A stretch of 26,071 nucleotides of DNA from a virus. Lineage: Duplodnaviria; Heunggongvirae; Uroviricota; Caudoviricetes. The number at the start of each line of letters is the position of its first letter. The first letter of the stretch is position 1. Positions 19,370-26,071 of the stretch are shown here, one piece after another. Location: IMG/VR virus record IMGVR_UViG_2909309443_000007. One strand, written 5' to 3'. The notes under the pieces are model-generated. The model made no database searches and was not told where the DNA came from. It saw only the letters and a program-made list of their open reading frames with translations. The position numbers were made by a program, and so were the translations under genes.

Positions 19370-20284
19370 ATGGCTAGCAAGCGCTTTTTCTTCGATTTTT
19401 ATCAATGTCACACTATAAGCACTGATACAAATGCAGGAGTTAATTCACCTGAAGCTGTTTTTTCAAAAATTTTTGAGTCATACAGCGAAGGCCGAGACAA
19501 AACTGTACGTAAAATAGGAAATAAACTAGTTGAAATGCGCTTCATGGAAAGAACCGACTATGGTTTCAGGGGAGTTATAGGAAAACACAGAACCAATAAT
19601 CTCCCTCATGTTGCTGTAGCCGGAGGTGAAGAAAGAGAAATTAAACTTGAAATCAATGAAAACTTATTAGAAAAAGCTTATTTTCATTTTTATACCCAAG
19701 ACTCAGTTTTAATAATTCAACGAAACAGACTCTGTTATGGCTGGTTGCTATTAAGTAAATATCTTTCCAACAGTTCACAAAATACAACTGTTAATCCCAT
19801 CATTCAGACCAGTAGTTTAAAGTGGTTGATGCGTAATGAAGTTCGAATCAAAACTCTAGAAATCGGTATCGCTCGGCCAAAGAATGTGCAACTATATGAG
19901 GATGTTGAACATAACTTCAACAATGCATTGATAGCCACTCTAAATGGTACTAATTCTGCCAAAGTAAATCTTACATTACGTGGGGATAGTCGTTCTGAAG
20001 ATCCTGAATCTCGCTATCTAGGTTCTCAACTAAAAAGAGCCTTTAAAGAAACACTAGAGACTTTTGAGGTTGAAAAACTTAAACTAGAAACCCAAGACAT
20101 TGAGACCGGTGTACAGCATCCTATCGATCTTGTAGCAGACAAATTAGTCTACTACACAGATGTTGAACTTGGAGGTAGGTATCCATTAGTTGGCAGCATT
20201 TGGAGCGCCTTAACTCTTGCAAAAGATAGTAAAGATGATGAATTGAAGGCATACTTTGGAGTAGCCAATCAAAGAGTTGATTAA
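19370..20284 (+). CDS. Hypothetical soluble protein (304 aa), candidate sensor component of a two-gene module
   Basis: Long ORF in an AT-rich island. No recognisable catalytic motif (no P-loop). Charged, probably helical C-terminal region. Confidence 0.55.
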   Translation: MASKRFFFDFYQCHTISTDTNAGVNSPEAVFSKIFESYSEGRDKTVRKIGNKLVEMRFMERTDYGFRGVIGKHRTNNLPHVAVAGGEEREIKLEINENLLEKAYFHFYTQDSVLIIQRNRLCYGWLLLSKYLSNSSQNTTVNPIIQTSSLKWLMRNEVRIKTLEIGIARPKNVQLYEDVEHNFNNALIATLNGTNSAKVNLTLRGDSRSEDPESRYLGSQLKRAFKETLETFEVEKLKLETQDIETGVQHPIDLVADKLVYYTDVELGGRYPLVGSIWSALTLAKDSKDDELKAYFGVANQRVD

Positions 20285-20299
20285 TTTTGGAGCGATGGT

Positions 20300-20779
20300 A
20301 TGAAAAAGGGGAAATTGATAACTTTGTACAGTTATGGTTATAATTTAGCCTCTGTTGTTTTTTGTATCATCGCATGGCCTCTTTCTGCAAAGCTAAATTT
20401 TGCACAAATTCAGCCAATCGCTTCGGCCGTTTCTACATTTTCTGGGATATTATTTGGCTTTGTTTTAGGTTCGCTTACCTTGATTGCTTCAGCTAGAGAT
20501 AATACGCTAATTAGAAATATAGGAAAAACTGGTTATTTGAAAAAACTGACCGAAGAAATGCACTCCACTATGGGATGGTTACTATCAGTTTGTATTATTT
20601 TTATCATTTTATTATTTTTCCCTGATACACTAAAGTTTAAATTCCCACTAGTAAAAGATGCCGACGAGCACACATATGCCCAACTATTACTCCAAGTGGG
20701 AATTTTTTTCCTGCTTATTACATTTAAAAAATTTTATACTACCTGGTCGCGTCTAAAGGACATAACAAGGCTCATGTGA
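20300..20779 (+). CDS. Hypothetical membrane protein (159 aa) with four predicted transmembrane helices, candidate effector
   Basis: Four hydrophobic stretches of about 18-24 residues. Starts 15 bp after the upstream stop with GGAG in the gap. Confidence 0.6.
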   Translation: MKKGKLITLYSYGYNLASVVFCIIAWPLSAKLNFAQIQPIASAVSTFSGILFGFVLGSLTLIASARDNTLIRNIGKTGYLKKLTEEMHSTMGWLLSVCIIFIILLFFPDTLKFKFPLVKDADEHTYAQLLLQVGIFFLLITFKKFYTTWSRLKDITRLM

Positions 20780-20784
20780 TATAT

Positions 20785-21174
20785 CTATAATTGCACATAA
20801 AAAGACAATCCTAACAATACTCCCATTGTAAGTTGTATATTCTTTCTTATTGTTCCATCTGAACATTTGTACCTTCGTGCTATTGTACGCAAAGATATAC
20901 CTATAACAAAATGAGCGATAATTAACTCATAGTCATCTATTCTATATTGTTTAAGCTTCAACATGCAGGTATCAATCATACGACCTTCATCGTTGCCACA
21001 CTGACGGCGTAATTTCTTACCATGAGGTACTACATCTTTATATTTATCAGCCACTTGCTGCCAGTTGATAGAACTATTTCCAGCTGCAGCCCAAGCCCCC
21101 CCAACTGTCCAAAATATCATATATATTAGCATTGCTATCCACCTTTTTTTTATATTCTTTTTTGAGGCAACCAA
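20785..21174 (-). CDS. Hypothetical protein with a sigma-70 region-4-like helix-turn-helix C-terminus
   Basis: …YELIIAHFVIGISLRTIARRYKCSDGTIRKNIQ… resembles ECF-sigma region 4. Hydrophobic N-terminus. Overlaps the upstream 82-aa ORF by about 100 nt, so a frameshifted single gene is possible. Confidence 0.4.
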   Translation of the reverse strand: MVASKKNIKKRWIAMLIYMIFWTVGGAWAAAGNSSINWQQVADKYKDVVPHGKKLRRQCGNDEGRMIDTCMLKLKQYRIDDYELIIAHFVIGISLRTIARRYKCSDGTIRKNIQLTMGVLLGLSFYVQL

Positions 21175-21310
21175 GAAGCATCCTGGCCATCGTTATTATT
21201 TCTATACTTGTAACTGATTCATAAGCATCAGGAGAAATAATCCTCCCATCACTTAATGCCCTTTCACTAAGATTTGCTATTTCCAATAATCGTTCTTTAG
21301 TTATTTCCAT
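21074..21310 (-). CDS. Hypothetical protein (about 78 aa)
   Basis: AT-rich ORF with GGAG before the second ATG. Could be the N-terminal part of a split sigma-like gene. Confidence 0.35.
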   Translation of the reverse strand: MEITKERLLEIANLSERALSDGRIISPDAYESVTSIEIITMARMLLGCLKKEYKKKVDSNANIYDILDSWGGLGCSWK

Positions 21311-21424
21311 TATTATCTCCACCGCCCTTTCGGGCGGCCTCCTGATGTTCTGAGGGTGCAGAAATCCCTCCGGTTAAGGATTAAATTTTATTTACAGTGC
21401 TGGATTTAATTATTCAGATTTGGA

Positions 21425-21700
21425 TTATGCTTTCTCTTCACTCCGGTATACAAGAATTACAACGTCACCTCTGCTAATCACGCGAGCTGGCTCTCCTGGT
21501 TCTATACTGTCAATATCGAAGGTCTCAAAAAACGCATTCATTGCCTTCTGCCGCTGCGTCTGTTTACAGCGTTTATTCCATTCTTTCAGTAACATCAGTG
21601 ACAGCCACCGCCATGAGCAGAACATGATGTAGCACCAACCAAGAAGCGCCAGCCCCGTATTGAGGGCCGTACCAATCGTCATTGTTGCGTCGATATTCAC
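21425..21700 (-). CDS. Hypothetical small membrane protein (91 aa)
   Basis: GTG-initiated ORF with a hydrophobic N-terminal segment. Confidence 0.35.
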   Translation of the reverse strand: MNIDATMTIGTALNTGLALLGWCYIMFCSWRWLSLMLLKEWNKRCKQTQRQKAMNAFFETFDIDSIEPGEPARVISRGDVVILVYRSEEKA

Positions 21701-21986
21701 TGTACCTCCTCCTGGAAAATAACTGCATGCCCCAGTTTCTCCGCCAGCGCCAGTTCTGCCTTAGCACCTGCTGACCGCTGCCAGCCTTTCAGCATGTAAA
21801 TCGCATCCACACAACGAATCATTGCCATGCAATATCCATGTAGTGCGGCTGTGTCAGCCCATCCGGAAGCACAGCCGGATTTAAAACGGTATGCCCTTCC
21901 CGTTTCAGTTCCTCTTCCGCATTGTGAAACGCCTCACGGTTGAAATTTTTATACCCGGTCATTGGACCGGCGATATAGACTCTCAC
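21697..21986 (-). pseudogene. DUF4406-like lambdoid protein, apparently frameshifted
   Basis: Hand translation gives (M)RVYIAGPMTGYKNFNREAFHNAEEELKREGHTVLNP…MDIAWQ stop, then in another frame …CVDAIYMLKGWQRSAGAKAELALAEKLGHAVIFQEEVQ. Consistent with a 1-bp deletion near 21800. Confidence 0.45.
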
Positions 21987-21988
21987 TC

Positions 21989-22411
21989 TCACGCCATCAC
22001 CTCCTGAAAATTACCCTGATAAAACGCCAGCACTCGCTGCATAACCTCACTCTTCCGGCACTCGCGACAGATTATGTTCTGACGCCTGTCGTAGCGACGT
22101 ATTTCTCCGTCAGGTAATGACCAGATAAGGTCCGGATCAACCGCAGATGGTTTCTTCAGCTTTGCCCTTGAGAGCTTTTTACGGGCATTTTGCCAGTCCT
22201 TACGCGCCTGTTCAGACGGGAATAACCCGTAACCAGAGTTGTATACATCGCCACTGGCAACCAGCTCTCTGGCCAGAACGCTCATCAGATATCTTGTTGC
22301 CCCAGTTTTAGTTTCCAGTTGTCGTAACGTCTCGCGCCCACTCTGGCGTACGAGTTCAACAACCTGCCCTTTAATTTTTTCCCGCTCTTCTTGTGTAAAA
22401 ACTTTTGCCAC
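21989..22411 (-). CDS. Hypothetical phage replication-region protein (140 aa)
   Basis: ORF immediately downstream of the replication initiator. Basic C-terminal part. Confidence 0.5.
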   Translation of the reverse strand: MAKVFTQEEREKIKGQVVELVRQSGRETLRQLETKTGATRYLMSVLARELVASGDVYNSGYGLFPSEQARKDWQNARKKLSRAKLKKPSAVDPDLIWSLPDGEIRRYDRRQNIICRECRKSEVMQRVLAFYQGNFQEVMA

Positions 22412-22451
22412 AAGTCCTCCTGAAAATTACCTCATGACCAGAAATCAACAC

Positions 22452-23528
22452 TTACCCCCTGAAGCCCGGTGGAATTTCGGTATCCGGTTCAGAAATATGA
22501 TTCACACAACGCTGGTTGTTCGTGCCGCTTACCGGGAGCAGCCAGGGGTTTTCAAAATTCCGGTCCGGTCCAAAAAACGTCGTCGCTCGCTGAACAAATT
22601 CCGTTCCCGTTTTCCCGGTAGCCGCAAGGTATCTTGCGTAACGCCTCACGCCATCCAGCATGGCCTCTGGTGACACCCCCTCGCGTAATCTGGCCTTCCA
22701 GGCACTGAAAGCGGATTTCTTCGGGTTTGCCCCAGCACGCAACGGGTATTCCCGCCAGACCTGTTCGAACACATCCGGATAATCCACTCGTCTCACAGGC
22801 TGCCCGGTGTTTTCCGTGACTACCCGATCGGCTTCCCGCTGAATGGCGGAATCGGCTTCAGGCTGCTGCAGTTGGTGTGATTGCTCCGGCCTTGCGGTCA
22901 TCACCTGCTGCACAGCGCCCGAATCGGCTTTCAGCGCATACGCTGAATCGGCTTCCGGTGTCGTGCCTGCTGGCTGACCAAGATTGACGGTCTGAACATC
23001 CCCTGCCTGGTTCGTGGCGTTTTTTACGCCATGGACCATAGTGTTTTGATCTTCTTGATCTGTATCTTTATCTGTATCTTTATCTGTCGTGACTCGTCGT
23101 GACATGTGCGTGACATTTCGTGACGCGCCGTGACAATCGCCATTTTGTTCCCGCTTTCTTTCCCTCTCTCGCTGCGCCCTCTTGCGCTCTGCAGGAGATT
23201 TTGCGGTTTGCGAAATATTGCCGTTGTCCTCTTTAAGCACCTGGCGTTTTTCCCATCCAGTGATTAAATCACCATCAAGTACCCGCCCCTGCATCGTCTG
23301 CAAAATTGAATCAATTACCTCTTCTGTCACGTCGAGCGCACTTGCCAAATCTTCTGTCGTGACATCAATGTGACCTCGCGTGACATTTCGTGACGCGCTC
23401 ACCAGGAGGTGGATATACACTGCCATCACTGTTGCAATTGACTGCCCTGACACCCTGGCAATTGTTCGCCACTTAGGGTCATTTGGCATGTCATGCCATA
23501 ATCTGAGCCAGGCGTTAGCCATACTCAC
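22452..23528 (-). CDS. Replication initiation protein (replisome-organiser/O-like) with internal origin iterons
   Basis: N-terminal domain resembles the phage replisome-organiser fold. Two iteron arrays lie inside the gene, as in lambda O. Confidence 0.65.
   Translation of the reverse strand: MSMANAWLRLWHDMPNDPKWRTIARVSGQSIATVMAVYIHLLVSASRNVTRGHIDVTTEDLASALDVTEEVIDSILQTMQGRVLDGDLITGWEKRQVLKEDNGNISQTAKSPAERKRAQRERERKREQNGDCHGASRNVTHMSRRVTTDKDTDKDTDQEDQNTMVHGVKNATNQAGDVQTVNLGQPAGTTPEADSAYALKADSGAVQQVMTARPEQSHQLQQPEADSAIQREADRVVTENTGQPVRRVDYPDVFEQVWREYPLRAGANPKKSAFSAWKARLREGVSPEAMLDGVRRYARYLAATGKTGTEFVQRATTFFGPDRNFENPWLLPVSGTNNQRCVNHISEPDTEIPPGFRG
23096..23142. repeat. Iteron array 1: five CGTGAC repeats at about 10-bp spacing
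   Basis: CGTGAC at 23096, 23106, 23117, 23127 and 23137, read directly. Confidence 0.65.
23358..23394. repeat. Iteron array 2: four (C/T)GTGAC repeats at about 10-bp spacing
   Basis: Repeats at 23358, 23369, 23379 and 23389. The 19-mer GTGACATTTCGTGACGCGC is shared exactly with array 1. Confidence 0.65.
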
Positions 23529-23593
23529 CTCTTCTGATACCGAATCTTTTTACTCACGAGTTGCCGGAAGTGATTCGATATGGCTATTATCAC

Positions 23594-24019
23594 TCAATGC
23601 ACTGCCACAGCATTTCCTGCCGGGCCACCACGGTTCATCTGATTGAAACCGGCGATTGCCACTGCGACAAAATCATCAGCGTCTCTCACCAGTCGCTCCC
23701 GCGTCTCCACCAGCTCCCGAAAATAAGCTGAACTGTGGCTGCGCATTCTGGCCACCAGCAAAGGTGGCATTGCCTTTTCGATCGCTGGTAACAACGCCTG
23801 AATTTTTTCAACTGCATCAGGGGTGTCTTTCTCTATCCAGCGGAAAATTTTCTGGGTATTGCGAGCCAGGGCTTCCGGATGGCTGTCGTCATACAGTTCT
23901 GGGAACGTCATACCCAACTCAAAATAAGCCTGGGTTATTCCAGCTGCTGGAACTTTTTCGCCATCAGGACGCGCCCAGGCATTCATCGCCATGCGGATGT
24001 GTTCATGCTTGATTTTCAT
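23594..24019 (-). CDS. YdaT-like (CII-analogue) protein
   Basis: 141 aa starting MKIKHEHI…, matching the recalled start of Rac YdaT. Sits directly downstream of the Cro-like gene. Confidence 0.55.
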   Translation of the reverse strand: MKIKHEHIRMAMNAWARPDGEKVPAAGITQAYFELGMTFPELYDDSHPEALARNTQKIFRWIEKDTPDAVEKIQALLPAIEKAMPPLLVARMRSHSSAYFRELVETRERLVRDADDFVAVAIAGFNQMNRGGPAGNAVAVH

Positions 24020-24246
24020 GAATCCCCCCCTTGGTTAGAAGGCGGATTATGATCAGAACCGGGAATGACAACCGTCGGTATGTGTAACTCATATTTGAGC
24101 GCCCCGGCAGTGACTGCCTGAATTAGCAACGCCCATTTCCACGGAACCTCTTCCCCCCACATGCTGACTGTGGTTTTTGACGTTCCTAGAACTGCGGCTG
24201 TTTTAACAACTCCGCCAAAATAGCCTAATACTTCTGATTTTTTCAT
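24016..24246 (-). CDS. Cro/YdaS-like helix-turn-helix regulator
   Basis: 76-aa ORF from MKKSEVLGYFGG… Divergent from the CI-like gene across a 91-bp operator region. Confidence 0.6.
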   Translation of the reverse strand: MKKSEVLGYFGGVVKTAAVLGTSKTTVSMWGEEVPWKWALLIQAVTAGALKYELHIPTVVIPGSDHNPPSNQGGDS

Positions 24247-24275
24247 GAGTCGCTCCATAAAACTGAACGCCAAAA

Positions 24276-24337
24276 GTTTAATAATCAAAACCAAAGAAAG
24301 TCAAGAAACAAAACCATCTGTGTTTTAAAATCAAAAC
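24276..24337. promoter_or_regulatory. Candidate operator/divergent promoter region: two 16-bp imperfect palindromes
   Basis: GTTTAATAATCAAAAC (24276-24291) and GTTTTAAAATCAAAAC (24322-24337), 14 of 16 identical. The second ends at the repressor ATG, so the repressor mRNA may be leaderless. Confidence 0.4.
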
Positions 24338-24976
24338 ATGAGCAAGCAAACAATATCTGAACGCATAACCCAACGTATGCATGCGCTAAACCTGAAAGGC
24401 AAAGACCTTGTCAATGCCACTGGCGCATCAAAAGGCTCCGTAAGTCAATGGATGAACGGTGGAGGAGCGCCGTCCTCGCGTTACATAAGTTCACTGGCAA
24501 AGATATTGAAAGTAAACGAAAATTGGCTTCTTAATGGAGGAGAGTTAAATACAGGTGATTCGCTTGATCTATCTTTACCGCCGATAAAAACGGTTCCGCT
24601 ACTATCACTTCAGCAGGCAGCAAGCTGGAGTGATTATATGAAAAATTCCTCAATAACCTCTTGTGTGCAGCTTGTCGGAGAAATCCCGGCCAATACCTTT
24701 GCAGTTGTTCTAGAGAGTGACAGTATGTCAACATCTGGTGGGGGAGTTTCCATCCCAAATGGTTCAACAGTTTTTGTTGATCCCGATCGAACCGTACAAC
24801 CAGGAAATATTGTCCTTGCCTTACCCAAAGGGACCACAACACCTGTCATTCGTAAACTGGAGATAGAAGGGCCGGATATTCTTTTAGTCCCCACGAATCC
24901 TCGCTACCCTTCAATTATGCTGGATGATCTATCTTGCATATTGGGCGTATGCTTTAAAATTCAACAAGATATTTAA
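24338..24976 (+). CDS. CI-like prophage repressor (helix-turn-helix plus S24 LexA-type autopeptidase domain)
   Basis: N-terminal XRE-type HTH (…LVNATGASKGSVSQWMNG…). C-terminal S24 signature with Ser in …ESDSMS… and Lys in …VIRKLE…. Confidence 0.8.
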   Translation: MSKQTISERITQRMHALNLKGKDLVNATGASKGSVSQWMNGGGAPSSRYISSLAKILKVNENWLLNGGELNTGDSLDLSLPPIKTVPLLSLQQAASWSDYMKNSSITSCVQLVGEIPANTFAVVLESDSMSTSGGGVSIPNGSTVFVDPDRTVQPGNIVLALPKGTTTPVIRKLEIEGPDILLVPTNPRYPSIMLDDLSCILGVCFKIQQDI

Positions 24977-25040
24977 CCAACCTCATCTATTTGATTAACT
25001 GTATGCCATCGTGGTGATGGCTTAACAGCTGCCTGCTTAA

Positions 25041-25089
25041 AATGTTTTGATAAAAAAACATTGACCTGTAAAGTTCATTTTTCTAAACT
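25041..25089 (+). promoter_or_regulatory. Candidate leftward-operon promoter with an overlapping 8-bp-arm palindrome
   Basis: AATGTTTT-gataaa-AAAACATT (25041-25062), then TTGACC (25061-25066), 17 nt, TAAACT (25084-25089). Confidence 0.4.
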
Positions 25090-25268
25090 TCATTCATTCC
25101 CTCACTCCACCCCACAGAATGCAGGGCAATACTTCGAGTTACCCGGCAGTGGTCAGGGGTTAAGTAGCCAGCCCGAGGCGTAAGAACATGACGGCAGGGT
25201 TCAACTTTAATAACTATGCAGCAGGTTTTTGTTCCGCTACCCCGGCGTTAAGGGGAAATGAGGTCAAC

Positions 25269-25421
25269 ATGGATACTATCGATCTTGGCAACAACGAATC
25301 TCTGGTGTGCGGCGTGTTTCCCAACCAGGACGGCACGTTCACCGCGATGACGTATACCAAAAGCAAAACGTTTAAAACCGAAGCTGGCGCGCATCGCTGG
25401 TTAGCAAGAAACTCTGACTGA
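25269..25421 (+). CDS. YdaF-like small protein (50 aa)
   Basis: MDTIDLGNNESLVCGVFPNQDGTFTAMTYTKSKTFKTE… resembles recalled Rac YdaF. GAGG Shine-Dalgarno upstream. Confidence 0.55.
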   Translation: MDTIDLGNNESLVCGVFPNQDGTFTAMTYTKSKTFKTEAGAHRWLARNSD

Positions 25422-25432
25422 TGAGGTTGACG

Positions 25433-26071
25433 ATGGAATTTAAAGATTTACCTACTTCAATCCAGGAGATTGCAGCACACACACTTCGTCATCGTCTGAA
25501 CGAACTTGCATTGGAATCGGTAACGAAAAAAGACACTGATAATATGGCTCGTAATGTGCGCGATGCGTTTACCGGATTGTATTTCTGTGCGTCTGTAAAT
25601 AAACACGACTCAGATAGTGTGGCAAATAAAATTGCAGAAACGACAGCGCAAAACATCAATACGAAACCAACGGAAGAAGAAATTGATCAGTTTGCTCATG
25701 ATGCTGGTTTAAAAAACAAGAAAGAAAAATCGCCATATGCGGGGAACATGTTTGTTTATGACAATCTCATCAGAATTCGTGGCGAAATTCCGGCGGAATA
25801 CCTGGCAAGAGTCCATCAGGCATTGCTTAAAAATCTGGAAACAGAATTATTTGATGGCAACACTAACGGTTTCTTCATGGTATCAGGCCTTGAGAAAGAC
25901 TGGGATGCAGAAAAACGCTGGAATGTTGCCACATGGTTATTCAGTAACAGAGCCGCTGCCCTGGAAGCTTCGGCATGTATTTGCGGCCTGTTCTTAACAG
26001 ACCACAAATATAATCTGGATGTGTACAGTTATATTTACGCTGAACACGGTCCGCTCTGGATTGACTGGTAA
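25433..26071 (+). CDS. Hypothetical early-region protein (about 212 aa)
   Basis: ORF with GAGG before the ATG at 25433. No recognisable motif. Stop codon is the last three bases of the window. Confidence 0.45.
   Translation: MEFKDLPTSIQEIAAHTLRHRLNELALESVTKKDTDNMARNVRDAFTGLYFCASVNKHDSDSVANKIAETTAQNINTKPTEEEIDQFAHDAGLKNKKEKSPYAGNMFVYDNLIRIRGEIPAEYLARVHQALLKNLETELFDGNTNGFFMVSGLEKDWDAEKRWNVATWLFSNRAAALEASACICGLFLTDHKYNLDVYSYIYAEHGPLWIDW

Noticed and set aside
21322-21345. Hairpin CCGCCC-tttc-GGGCGG as a terminator
   Set aside because: No U-tract on either strand, and it sits immediately before a Shine-Dalgarno; it may be a structural element but cannot be called a terminator.
23081-23400. Short repeated CGTGAC motifs as a possible CRISPR array
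   Set aside because: Repeats are only 6 bp at 10-bp spacing inside a coding sequence, with no 25-40-bp repeat-spacer structure. They are interpreted as origin iterons.

Overview
This window is a reverse-oriented segment of a heavily degraded lambdoid (lambda/Rac-like) prophage of the E. coli/Shigella type; almost all genes are on the minus strand. From high to low coordinates it reads: immunity region (CI-like repressor, divergent Cro/YdaS-like and YdaT-like genes), a replication initiator with internal iteron arrays, a nin-like region (frameshifted DUF4406-like gene, hok toxin, DUF968-like protein, RusA), a Q-like antiterminator with a downstream terminator, an orphan DNA amino-methyltransferase, a three-tRNA cluster (Ile-CAU, a degenerate Arg-like copy, Arg-UCU), and then a morphogenetic region resembling lambda W-B-FII-Z-H-M-L-J-lom-stf-tfa. 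The morphogenetic region carries several internal deletion joints (B'-'FII, an in-frame Z'-'H fusion, L'-'J), has no lysis, terminase or capsid genes, and has a frameshifted lom, so the element is cryptic. The left end holds a Mu G-segment-like invertible tail-fibre switch with two gix-like crossover sites but only a 64-codon remnant of the pin invertase, next to a SAM-dependent methyltransferase cargo gene flanked by duplicated tfa 3' ends. The most interesting cargo is an AT-rich island (about 18.98-21.42 kb) beside hok, encoding a tightly coupled 304-aa soluble protein and a 159-aa four-helix membrane protein; this is proposed, from architecture only, as a candidate RexAB-like abortive-infection module. 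All calls are from reading the sequence and recalled protein families; no database search or folding program was run.
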